Below are positions 43,701 through 56,472 of a stretch of 64,000 nucleotides of DNA, piece after piece (the stretch's first letter is position 1; each line of letters begins with the position of its first letter). The position numbers and the translations under genes were made by a program. The notes below the pieces were generated by a model. It searched no databases and had not been told where the DNA came from. It saw only the letters and a program-made list of their open reading frames with translations. Source of the DNA: Enoplolaimus lenunculus (Eukaryota); contig JASANG010001013.1 in the NCBI GenBank assembly GCA_030248215.1, positions 62,001-126,000 of the forward strand, in the 5' to 3' direction.

Positions 43701-46700
43701 AAAGTTTTCTTTTTGGGTCCGGCATTAAAAGTGTTGCTTTGGGTGGCTGTATTGCGTAAAAGCTGCAAAAACGGTTTAATGCTGTTTTGAGTTGTTCTGA
43801 ATAGAAGTATTAAAGAGAATTTTTAGTCCTGAATTTTGGATTTGACTCGACGGTTTTGAAGTGAATGGTCTAACAGCATTTTTTCGGCTTTGTAGTTATT
43901 TGGGACGCATTTAGTAACATGCTTTGCAAAAATATCATTTAATACATACTAGCTGATGGGCTATAAACAAGTAGGAATAGTAAGGAATCAATATGAGCAA
44001 TAGGAGATTAAATTGTGTACCAGCTGTCACCAGATCACCGTTTGATTTTAACAACGCCCACTGAACATGTGGAACTTTTGCTTAGTCGACATGTTGTCCG
44101 GGTACAGAAACTTCGTTGAATGGGTGAAGCTTGCATAGTTCTCATCAGCATGTGATAATTGATGCTGCTAATATATTTTGAGAATATTAGCGTGGAAAAT
44201 TATACATTTAAGCACGGAATTATTTAATAGTTTGAAAATGACTGTTTTGTTTTACTAACCTTTAAGAGAATTTGGAATAGAGTGAATGAGTTACGTACTT
44301 AAAATCACGCAATTTGGCTAAAAATACCCACGATATGTGGATGCTCTTTAATAAATTGAATACTGTTTTAGCGGGTTTGTGAAAATTCGAACGCACACAG
44401 GTGTGACGTTCCACAATATACTACTTAATTAGTTGTAATAAGCCTAGGAATAAGCCTAAGTTAAAAGCGCTATAATGGAATTTGAATAATTAACATTGCA
44501 AATTAAGTTCGCAAGAAATGTTGTAATTTACTAACATTTTCGGTGTCAGATGAAAATTGGTTTGCGTTGTTTATGGGTAAAGTGCTTGGGTGTATGGATT
44601 ATTTTACTTTTTGGCAACTAATGAACTACTACTAACTCTTGGATTTATTTCTAGCCACAGTAGGCGGCTTTTATTGAATATTGATGGTTTCTGCTTGTGC
44701 TGATTTATGGAATTTTATGCTTTATTTAGAAAGTGGGAACGGGGACACGACAGTGACTGCAACAAATTCAATACAACATAGAGTAGATAACGCTAAAATT
44801 GTTTTGAAAAACGCAGCGGGAACTGAGAAAAGCAATCGAGAGCTTCAACCGGAAATTGAACAAACGTTTACGGTTAAAACTGTTGACGTATTCGTTGTAA
44901 AGTCAGTACATAGTAGCCGAGTGAAAAATATTTTGGTTGAGCCGCACAACGCCGTGAATAAAGCACAACTGAAAACAGGTGACGTAGAATATGAAGGTTT
45001 GGCGGATATAGTCGAGGCTGGCGCTCCAAATCAAACGCTAGCCAATGGTAACGCTGAAGAACAAATGTCAGAACATGATTGGTCAATGGCAAATTTAAAT
45101 GCTGGAAGTGTAAGCAGTAAACATCAGCGAACTACAGCGGAACAAGCCAAACCAAACGAGCGAGCTTTGGAGCATATGAAAAAGCAACATGACGGTAATG
45201 GGGATGTGATGACGTCATCGGTATTGATTCGTAGACGGAAACGCCAGGTTGAACAAGGATGGCGAAGATTGAAACGACAGTCGATTTATAGTAACAGCGA
45301 TCCGTATGGAAATTATTATCAGGGTGGGCCTAGTGGTGGGGTTCAGCAGCAAACGATACTAAGCGGATCACGCAAAAAAGCTGGGCCAGTTGGGGGGTCG
45401 CTCCCGTACGCCTACAATAGCCCGGCGTCGTATGCCGCTTCTGCGAATGGTTATGATCAGCAACAAAGTAATGGCGGAGGGGGAGGTAGATATGGACCTG
45501 GGTTTGGGGGACCAGGCGCTCAGATGCCCCCGCCGTCGGTTTCTCAGCAACAACAGCAGTATGCTTATGGGAGCGGGCAGGCTGGTATACCGCAGCAATC
45601 GCAAGGTTATAACGGTTATACTATGAATCGAAATGGTTATGACTATGCGCCAGGTCGGGGTGGAAATTGGTTTTCTCCGCAGCAACAACAGCCGTCTTTG
45701 GCTCAGTCCCAAGGCGCGTACGGGCCAGGAAGTATGCCAGCACAGGCTGGAGGATCTCCGGTTCCTGCAACAGCCGGGTCTCAAAAATCACCAACGCTGG
45801 TATTGTTGAAACCGAAACAGAAAAATATGGGTATGTTTGGTTGATAGGATTGATTTTTCAAGTTTAATTAACGGTACATGCCATGATATTTTTAAGTTTT
45901 TTAAACTATTAGATATATACGTATGTTTACTAATTTGTTATTTTGGTTGCTTTTTATTAACGCGGAGATGGAGTTTGCATGGCATGGTTTTTAAAGCGTT
46001 ACTAACATAACGGTTGCACAGACATTGTGTGAAATACGGAATGGAAGTTGCTGCACAAACGTATAACGCATTGAATTTTGTTCAATAAACTGAACGGAAC
46101 GTTGAATCTCGAATTTAGGTTTTAGTGACGATGGATTTTTGAAGTTTGTTATTTTGTTTTTCTTGGACCATGTTTCTTACTTTATGTTTAAGAGGGGTGA
46201 AACGCTATACAAATTTCAGATGAGCAAGTGAGGTCTAAATAATACAACACTTATTTTGTCTTCATGTGACAAGCGGTTATTAATTTTTCGAAGGCAGATA
46301 ATTTATTTTTAAAAGAAATTGTGAATTTTGATTTTTTTCGAATTTTATTTTGAAAAATATGGTTTGGTTTTGATAGCGTGTTGTGTAGTCGTGAGTGTCG
46401 TTTTTTGTGCATTTCCAGGTGTAACCGAAGTTCCTAATTGGCCAGCAAAATTGAATTTTGGTCAAATTGGTGGTCTCGCTGTTGATAGTCACGGCAATAT
46501 TTTGGTGTTTCACAGAGCAACGCATAAATGGACGTTAGGGTAAGAGCACTAACTAAATGATTACGTTTAAAACCAGTCGTAGTGGGACTACATTTATTGA
46601 GCGAAGCTCGAACACACGTAAGCAATTAAGGTAATATGCAAATTAGTTATTAGCTAACTATTCATTTATCGGTTTTGGAGGTTTGTAAGCAATTTCCTCA

Positions 46701-49700
46701 GATTCCTCGCACCCAAAAACCCTTCAGCCACCCTATAATTTTTGGAATAATTTAAAAAAATCCTAATTTTGTCTTGTCAATTAAGCTAATATGCAAATTA
46801 ACTTAGCTAACTATTCAATTATCGGTTTTGGAGGTTTGTAAACAATTTATTCAGATTCCTCGCACCCAAAAACCTTCAGTGAACCCTAAAAATTATTGAA
46901 ACAATTTAAAAAGTCCTAGTTTTGTCTTGTCAATTAAGCTAATATGCAAATTAGTTATTAGCTAACTATTCAATTATCGGTTTTGGATGTTTGTAAACTA
47001 TTTATTCAAATTCCTTGCACCTAAAAACCCTTTAGTGCTGAAATTATATTGCTTTTAACCTTAATAATTAGTGAAATATTGTAAAAAGTCCTAATTTAGG
47101 CTCATAAACTATGCGAATATGCAAATTATCTATTAGCTAACTGCTCAATTATCGGTTTTGGAGGTTTGTAAACAGTCTACGCAGATTCCTCGCACCCAAA
47201 AACCCTTTAATGCTAAAATTAGATTGCTTCTAACTGTAATAATTAGTGAAATATTGTGGAAAGTACTAATTTAGGCTTAATTAATTATGCAAATTAGCCT
47301 GTAGCTAATAAACGACTACAAATTTTAAAACCCCAATGCGAGGTTAACACCCCAGGATTATTGGCTTTCAAACAAAAAAAGTTTATCAAAATCGGTTCAG
47401 CCGTTCCTGAGATTCTTCTCGGACGGACAGACGGATGGACGGACATCCACCTTTCGACCCCCAAGTACAAAACATAAAACGCTTCGCGAAACTCCGAGCT
47501 TCGCTCGGAGTTTCGCTTCGCTCAATAAATGCATACTGGTGTGAAAAAATGCTTAATTCTCAGCACATGGAGTGTGTGTTTTATGAAGTCATTGAAATTT
47601 TTATGTCCGTGGGAAGTTTGGCAAAATTTAGGTTAAGTATTGATAATTTAGAACCACCGATATTAATAATAATTACGAGTATATTTGCAACACTAACTTA
47701 TTTGTTAGATGACACTGAATTCCATAAAGTAGTTTTTTATTTATGTATTGCAATTTGAATGTAAGACTCAGGTGCCACAATGCTATAATTATGTAACAAG
47801 GTGAACTTAATTCGATTGGCACTACTGGGTACACCTTTCGAAGTTCGCGGTTATCCGAGTAAGAAAATACTCTATACGTTTTCCAACAGAAGCTGCACAG
47901 TACGTACAACTAATCAATTATAGCCAATATTCCCATGCCCAAAATGTGATACATACACAATTCAGTAATCTAACTATATCGCAGATTGCTTTGACGCAAA
48001 AATAATACATACTATTGTCACCGCAAAATAATATCCAACTCAAATTGACCAAATACGCGATATAGCCAGAAAGTTACCTTTCCACTAACATAACACAAGT
48101 GGCCCTGCCAGCAAATTTCAAACCATAAATGGCTCAAGCACCTTTTACCCTTGAGCGTTACATGCAAAATTTTTACATTGGTATCCGGTGTTGCATATGC
48201 AATTATTGGAGACGCCGCTGTTAGTAAAAAGAGGTATGAATACCCACATTCCCCATTGAAAATAATATAAAAATGCCTGGTATTTTTAGAGACAGGAGGG
48301 CCACAGTTATGATACAAAAAGTCAAAGAAAAAAAGAAAGGGTTTTTCTTTGTAAACCACACGCTTGTTATACTTTAATTATATAGATAACAGTAAGTTTT
48401 GATGTTTTCTAGCGATTTTGACGCTCAACACAACTTCCAACACTATTCATCAGGACCAATCATGGAGCCAACGGTGTACATTATTGATCCTGTCAACGGT
48501 ACAGTGATTTCGCGTTCTGGCGCCGGCATGTAAGTTGCAAATATGTTCTTAACAGATAGAGTGTGGGAGACACGTCCCACCAAAATTTCCGAAATTTTTT
48601 TAAACTGTTTAAGCTTTGCAGTCTGGCGCGTATATCTGGCTACATCCGTTAACATTTAGATTCGAATTAAAACAATTGATTTTTTGTGTGCTCTTTCTTA
48701 ATAGAAAACACCTTTCGTTAGACAGCAGATGCTTGTCAGGCGAAATATAGATGCAATTTAATGTAATGGAAAAAACGTTCATAAATAAGTTATATGATGT
48801 GTTCATAAATAGTTATTTGTGTGATTTTGTTGTTTTAGGTTCTACATACCTCATGGCATTGCGGTAGACTGCGAAGACAATATTTATTTGACCGATGTTG
48901 CAATGCACCAGGTAACAATTGTGATTAGATATTTGATTTTGCCAAACATTATCTGTTGTTTTTCTTCTTTTAAGGGATTGTAGGGTGGGCTAAGTGTATG
49001 CAGCTACTGAGAACCTTCGAACCAGTGTCCATATACTTAAATGCTTGTAGCACCAATCATCAGCCATTCTTATAACTTTTGAAGCAATCAGTGGTAGCGA
49101 TTTTAAAGTTTATAACCTCAGGTGACGCAGTTTGCTTCTTTCAATACTATTGTTAGCTAACGTAGTATACAAAGGATCTTATACTGTGATGCACACGTAA
49201 TTAAAAGCACATGTTTTGTAAACTTTTTGCATGACCTAACCACCAGATGCCAAGGTGCTTCAAAGGGGCAACTCTACTGTTCATATTTGAGAATACGCTA
49301 TAAGTGTCAGAGATCGATATGAATAGTGAGTTTCCGGAGCAGCAGAAAGAAGCATCAGTATCCACGTCTAGCGAGAGCGACTAATCTAGCGATATGGGGC
49401 GTTCTTGACCTCTCGTACAGTAAACTTGCAAGATAGTCTCGTAACTGTTGACTGTAAGTCGTGTGAATGGCTTATATTGTATTTTATACAATTTATGTGT
49501 ATTGTAGGTATTCAAATTCGGTTCCGGAAAAGTTGACTCTGAACCGTTACTAGAACTCGGTGAAGCGTTTAAACCCGGCGTTGACAAAGAACATTTTTGC
49601 AAGCCGTCTGGCGTAGCTGTTGCGAAAGATGGCACTATTTATGTTTCTGGTAACACAGGCTTTACGCTTTTCAAAATCAGACTTAGGTATTTGCATGTCA

Positions 49701-52700
49701 AGCCCAACCCTGAAAAGACAAAAATTGTATTGGATTTTTTTTGCATCTTTTTGATACAAAAACCGTGTAATTTATTGTATCGATCAGCAGCCAATTTGCT
49801 GAAAACAAAATTATTGCAGTATAATGATAAGTAAGGGTTGCGCTATTAATATTTATTTATTTATTATGTTTTTTGACCTGTCTCGAAATTAGGTTGAAGG
49901 AGATTTTGTCAGATTAATATAAATCAAATTATTTTAGATGGATACTGTAATGCAAGAATTATATCGTTTTCTGCTGATGGAACATTCAAAGCATCGTTTG
50001 GTTCAATGTCGACTGGCAAACTTCTCGGTATGTGTTTGGCTATATTTTATTTTGGTTTTAATGATGCGACTTCCCCAATAACATGCGTACACCCGGTGAC
50101 TTTTGAGGAGGTAGTGTCATGGGCACTGAAGCCAAAATAGCTTCAATGTCCAGGCTTCCTGGTGTACGCATGTTAATGTGGAAATTGCATGAGATTGCTT
50201 CCAAAACTTTTATTGCTTATTTCGAAAATACGTTTTGAGGAAAACAGCGTTAGTGTGCCGTATAAAGAAGAAGCTAAAGGCGAAACTATGTTCTTTGTTA
50301 ACATGGATTTTTTATTGTTTATGTTTATATTTTGTTTCGTATTTTTTGTCTGCAGACAATTTTCCTCCGCTTGGGACGTTTAGTTTGCCGCATGGAGTAA
50401 CACTCGATGAATCACGGCATCAAATTTATATTGCTGATCGAGAAAATGGACGAATTCAAGTTGCCGATATAAACGGGACCTTTTTGACGCAAATGCATCC
50501 GAAAGGATTTGGTCCACATTTGTACTCGGTTTGTTATTCGAGCGCAGGTAGGTGTATAAATTTAAATGCATGCCATTCAGGTCAGTGACTAGCACAACAT
50601 GGTAGGTGTGCAAATAAATTTCACCAGTGTCATGCAAATATTTTACATGGTTTGCAAGCTGGATTGAAATTGTTACATTGGGGTGCGGGCGACAGTTTTT
50701 CTGCAAGGCTTGAGCTTCGCTATTTGCTATTCCTCTGGCTATTGGACCGCATACAGCGCACTTTAAAAATCATCCCTGCTTAAAGTTGGTGGGATTCGAA
50801 GTAGAGATGCTATAACGTGGGCGTCCTGAAGATGTGTTTAATGGTTATTTTGGGTTTAATACGTTGTGCTTATCTACTGTTTTTTGGAAAAGTTTACCAA
50901 AAGCAAAACTCCGATTCGATTTTGAAAAATTGTATGTTTTCAGCTGATATGGTGTTCGCTGTCAACGGCCCAGATCCCGATTGGGACCCTGATGTACCGC
51001 CGTTGGTTGAGCTACGAATTTTTGCATTTTCACCGGTCACGAAAAAACTGCTTTATTCATGGGGTCCGACTTCAAAGGTAAAAAATTTATTGTAGTATAT
51101 ACGTAATTAACAGAATATCATAATTACCTATGTATGAGCAAAATTAATTTTAAGTGGAGATTAGTGAAGTTCGAGTAAGATTTTGGGAGCTTTTTAACGT
51201 TTCATTTTTGTGTGCACCAACTTTCCAATGTGTAATCGAAGGTAGGTCTGCCTTCCACTTCGGTGAGTTTTTGTTAATTTGGTGCAATTCTGCAAGCTTT
51301 CGTCGCCAAGATAAGTTTACAAACTAATTTGGTAAACACTGCAGCTTATTACTTAATTTAGCAAGTTCAGCGTGATTTTCATTACCTAATTTTTCTTTAC
51401 CTCCATCTGCAGCCAAATTTGTTGACCGTCATCTCTGGATTCGGTATTTTTCAGCAGCGGTTGCAGCCTGCATCCTACAGTCACCAGCAATATTTGCCGA
51501 TTTTGTGGTGTTCATTAAGTTAATAATATTTTATAATTGTAGCCGTTTATATCACCGCACGCGTTAGCAGTTGGTAGCACTGGCCGGTTTGTGTATATGG
51601 GCGAGCTGGACGGTGATTTGTGGAAATTTAACAATAGTTTAGGAGGTATGGTTCAAATCTATTCGGCTGGGTATTTGTTTACACCCTCCCACGGACAAAG
51701 TCTCTAACCTCACGCCATGACTGGATTAATATAATAGGTTTAGTCGTTTGCTTAAGTTATGCTTGTGTATACACTGAGGAGTTTTGTAAATTATAAACTG
51801 TAATTTCGGGTTTGGGTTGGCTTCTATCAAATTACCATTGGTGTTGTTGAAACGCAAACACTTACTGTGTTAACTCAACGCTTATATCCTGAAATGGTAC
51901 ACAATAAAGATGAGGCTGGAAATTCGCTCAGGTATTATTGAGATGTACGCAAATACAGCATGTAGACTATGAGCGTTTAAAATTACTGGTTTCAAGGTCG
52001 GAATTATTTATTTATCATGTTTATCAATGCAACGGACGACAGAATTGAAAACTATTGAGAGTAGAAATCAAGTTTAAATTGTTTCGGAATAAATAACCTA
52101 ACGTATATATGTTAATATATATGACTTTCGTTGGATTTTGAGCTGGAGCCGTACGTATTATGAATTTATTAATGAAGTTTTGTGATTAAGTGCTACTTAA
52201 TGTATATTTTATTGCAGTATTGAACAGTACAAACACGGGTAACGGCGCTGGCGGTTCAAAGAAGCCGAGTGTTGCCGGCAATCAGATAGTAACAATTATT
52301 CATACGGTAAGTTAACTTACCATATTGATCTTTAATTTTACTGCTTGGATGAGTAATGTCCAAGAGTGCATAATACCTTATAAGTGATTGGGTGCGATAC
52401 TTGCAGACACATAGTTATTACGGCTTGTGATATCACGTGGCACCTATCTGGTAACGTATACGTTATTTATACATCACGGAGTGGGTGTAATGATAGATTT
52501 AGCGTACTACTTTAGAGACTGTGATATTATACAATCTACAAAACTACGAGATCACGGTTTTGTTTGAAGTTATAAATCAACCCTTTTAAACCCGTCTTCC
52601 TCAGGTGGACAAGTTACTCTTGTTTACATACCGTTACTTTAATTGTTGTATAGGAAACCCCGGCGCAGTTAATTCTGATTGTTTCCGCTGCGATTGCAAT

Positions 52701-54166
52701 TCCGATGCTCCTCATCATACTGGTGTGCCTATGTATTCGTTTTCGAAAACAAGGTAAAGCGTTTGCCTATAGCTGTTCAAATTGTTTAAAATTTGCGTGC
52801 AGAAATATTGATGGTATTACTCTCAAAAATGATAACGATTTATTCGAAGAAAACTACTAGGATATATCTAAATTCATTTTTCCAAATTTGAAACGTAGCC
52901 TTCGGTTACGGCTCGAAAGCAACTGAGATCGAGACCTTTTTAGTCTTGGTTTAGTAGTACACTTGCTGATAATATGCCCAAACGTGATAATTGGCATAGC
53001 TAATGATGTGCTGCAGACACCTTCCTCTTGCGCACCGTCTCGTTTTGTAAGGAATTGATTGCCGCCCCTGTGTTCGAGTCTGCGGTTAGATTTTGGTTTT
53101 AAACAAATCTTTCAGAAAGTGTTACGATGTGGCTAGCTAATAAACTTATTGCGAATGTTTTTTGCTTCAGGTGGATTCCGTCGAATGAATATGTCATTAA
53201 ACACTTCATATCGATCTGGTAAAGGATCTTCAGAAAATGGTCGCGTACCGCTGCTCAACGGCTTGGCATGGTCGAAAGACAGAAGTCACAAAGTAAGTGC
53301 TTATGACTTACCCAGAGAGCAATGGGGCAGCCAGAAATCTTGTTTCGGTAGAACTAGCGGTGGTATGTACTGATTTTTAAAACATTCCTGTCCCGTTTAC
53401 TGTATTTTTCTAAAATCCGGTTGCGTCCTCTGCGAGAGTAGTAATGCATTCCAGTCAAAACGTTAGGTGGAAGATAATCAGCAATTCTTCAGACTTGTTT
53501 AAATTTTGAGCGGTGTAATATTTTTTCCTCACGTTGATGTAAATATATCGAATGTTTGGAACGGGATATATTTTCTTCTGTACATAATATTTTTATGTTT
53601 TTAGTATTATACTATTTTATGCAAATAGTACAAATGAAAAATTCGGTAAACTTATATGGTAATTTAAAAGTTTACCGGGAGTCCACCTTGTATTTTGCAA
53701 TGTATTAGCTCATACTAAGGTAGGTGAGACATTAAGATCAATTTTAACAGACATAAAAAACTTTTGTCAAATTCATTGGGGTCACGGCTATTTTGGCTAC
53801 CGCAATTAGTTTAAAAGTCTAGTGGCAGTAAGTATTGTCCTGACGGCCCAAGTTAGTCGTAGAAGTTTGACTACTGGGAGACAGGGGATGTGAGAACTTC
53901 GAGGCTCGGAAGCTTAGGCTTAGACTGAGGTTTAGACTTAAGTTTAGTAGGCAGGTTCCTATGGTTAACATGGGCCGTCATCGCTGACCAATAAAAACTA
54001 ACGCATCGTTGAAGCTGGCTTTAATCAGGTCAGCGACATTTTACAGGGATTTTCACCGCTAAATACGGAAGACATCGATGCAGTTGATGACGTCACGGAC
54101 GAGTCAGACAATGAAGATACTATATATCCGTTGAGAAAAGAACATACTGACGCGTTAAGAGCATAA
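37748..54166 (+). CDS. PAM: Bifunctional peptidylglycine alpha-amidating monooxygenase (PHM + PAL, type I membrane), about 1186 aa, 22 exons
   Basis: Exons 37748-37900, 38345-38499, 38679-38842, 39396-39512, 40945-41028, 41352-41428, 41698-41757, 42662-42714, 43322-43515, 44730-45830, 46419-46539, 48413-48529, 48839-48911, 49508-49649, 49938-50027, 50356-50547, 50944-51077, 51543-51645, 52218-52306, 52654-52753, 53171-53292 and 54047-54166 have consistent phases. PHM motifs: [36 protein letters not shown] motifs: [41 protein letters not shown] segment [23 protein letters not shown]; acidic tail [10 protein letters not shown]...DESDNED. Confidence 0.96.
40209..40590. mobile_element. hAT-type MITE
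   Basis: TIR CAGGGTGCAACCGGAATT / AATTCCGGTTGCACCCTG with a perfect 8-bp TSD, CCCAGGAG, and TTCCGG subterminal repeats. Confidence 0.92.
41145..41318. mobile_element. Harbinger-type MITE in PAM intron 5
   Basis: TTA|GGGTTGCGCAACAC...GTATAACGCAATCC|TTA with CCGTCACC/GGTGACGG subrepeats. Confidence 0.82.
46573..47529 (-). mobile_element. Helentron-associated (DINE-1/HINE-like) element, full length, PAM intron 11
   Basis: Reverse-complement copy of 15035-16125. It adds a 5' palindrome, AAACTCCGAGC-TTC-GCTCGGAGTTT, and ends in the hairpin GTAGT-CCC-ACTAC then CTGG|TT. Confidence 0.8.
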
Positions 54167-55187
54167 TGTTGTTCAGACAGTACGCGGCTTGTCATCGATA
54201 GCGCAGTCGGTTGTATCGTTATTTTTGTAACATTCACGAAGGCAGCTGCTGGTATGGTGAGGAGTTCGAATCTCGGTCTGGCAGCTTCGGCTGTTTGTTT
54301 AAATACGTAGCGTGGAGAGTGAGTTTAGGGTTTGGTTTGTCAGCTGTATCATCGTGTTTAGTTTGTCGCTTTTTGTGAGTGACGTTATGTGAGCGTGTCC
54401 TGACCAATGTAATGGGTATTTCAGTGTCATAAGTCTGGAACAGATTAGTATGAGTAATACGTCGTTCTTACCATAACATGGCGAAACTATATGCGTGTTA
54501 GCGCTGTTTTTTGAGCCTGCAATCTCAAATGTGTGTAGCAGCTATCACCAGTTGGTGATAGGTCCTGTAGCTTTGGAACCAGCGCATGGTGAGGTTTGAA
54601 ATTGAGCACGTTGTTCGCGTTTAATTTGCCCTACTTCTGTAATACCAATTTTGGCATCTGCAATTGCGAATGTCCGTCAGTTTGAAAACCTATCGCTAAC
54701 TATTGATAGGTGATATACGCATCAAAGAATATGAGCCCTTAAATACGGATTATAGCCGATGTAGCGTATCGTGATATTCAGATGTGAAATTTTATTAAGT
54801 GACTCTTGCTGCAGGCGTTCATTGTTTTAGTTTCAGCATTGGGTTATTTGCTGTTTGTCCGCTCAGGGGTATCACTGAATCCGCTGAAGTGGCTTGAATT
54901 TTAGAAATTACTACACTTAATCTAGAAAGCATGATTTTATGAACGGGTTGTCGTATGCTGTAATTCATGTATATGTATATATGGTCCGTATTACTTTGGC
55001 GGACGTATCATTTTTCCGCGGGGTGCGCATTTGATAGAGTTAGATGAAGCTGTAGTCTACTTTTATTGCTTAGGCCAAGTCTTAGTTTTAGTTATACATA
55101 GGTTTATCCTTATTCTGAAATTTAGGAATATGTCTATACTACTGTTACGGCCCTCAAAGTAACATTGGCTCATGCGTCTATGAATAA

Positions 55188-55393
55188 GGATTGCGCTATA
55201 CTTTTGTGGACGTCCGGCGCCGTCCGTCACCCGTACAGCGCCATCCGTCACCCTTACGGCGCCGTCTGTCACCGTGCGATATCGTACACAAATAACTCAC
55301 ATACGATAATGTATGGTACGAACGGTGACAGAGTGCGCCGGACGGGTTACGCACGGTGACGGTCGACGCCCGACGGCGAGCATAGCGCAACCC
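55188..55393. mobile_element. Harbinger-type MITE
   Basis: TAA|GGATTGCGCTATAC...CATAGCGCAACCC|TGA; an inverted relative of 41145-41318. Confidence 0.8.
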
Positions 55394-56113
55394 TGAAGCT
55401 TGCAAGCAGACTTGTAATTTGATAAAAAATCTTTTTCAATTTATTCAACCTTTACCGCATAGAAAATAACATGAGTTACTTAACGCAATTAATATGTACG
55501 CATGATCGCAGTAGTAATTTATTACACAACATGGGATCCTTAGGGTTACCATTGTGCTTGCTGAATTGCATAATTGCAATTAATATACGTAATATCTTAA
55601 CACATTTGTTATCATCAATTCATTGGTATAAGCTGGTGAGTACTCGCTACGTTATTGAGTAGGTCACTTGTTTTTGTTGTCTACATTTGAATTTGAGTGG
55701 TTGAATTTCTAGGTAAAGTTTTGTCTATAATTCCAGTACTGTGTTGTGATTGGTGTATTTTGTGCTGTATATTTGGCATAATTGTGTGTTTTTTCGGAGT
55801 TTGATGTTGTGCGTATATGTTATACGTACTTTTGTGCTGTTTCTTTGGGGTACACTCTGTACTGCATATTATGTACATACATATGTGCAATTTTGTGCAA
55901 TTTTTTAAATGCAGCTGCTGAGTTAAAACAAGTTGTGTGTTTAGTTGCTAAAAATTTTGACCTAATGTGATGGGTTGCCTAAAATTTAACGTAGTCAGGG
56001 GTTGCTAAGTCAAGCATAGTTTGCAAAACGATTTTGTTTTCAGCAATAATACTTTTGATGTGGGGATGAAGTAATGTTGTGTGGTAAATCTTTAATTCAG
56101 ATATAGGGGATAT

Positions 56114-56472
56114 CAGAGATCGACCGGATATCCGGTTCCGGTTTAATATCCGGCAAAAACCGGCATTCGTATCCGAATTCGGTATGCGGTATAAACCTAC
56201 CGGGTACCGGATATTTGTGGTTGTGGTTTACAAATATCATTTTGAAACGACTGCAATTTCGAGCAATTCATGAATAAACACTGAGACTTGGAATGAAAAT
56301 TCCAAACGAAAAATTAATCTTAAATCCATCATAAACATATATTTTTGCACGACTGAAATAACTTCCAACGGTGTTCAAATTTAGATCATATATCCGGTTA
56401 ACTTCTGATTCCGGTACTAAAATTACCATCCGGATCCGGTATCCGGTAAAATTAATATCCAGTCGATCCCTG
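56114..56472. mobile_element. hAT-type MITE
   Basis: TIR CAGAGATCGACCGGATAT / ATATCCAGTCGATCCCTG with a perfect 8-bp TSD, GGGGATAT. Confidence 0.9.

Noticed and set aside
44439..44462. Isolated intronic TAAGCCTAAG as a telomerase RNA template
   Set aside because: No surrounding pseudoknot or H/ACA structure was visible, and such hexamers are common here as MITE debris.
45368..45867. Alternative-frame and antisense ORFs within the PAM linker exon
   Set aside because: Expected shadows of GC-richer low-complexity coding sequence.
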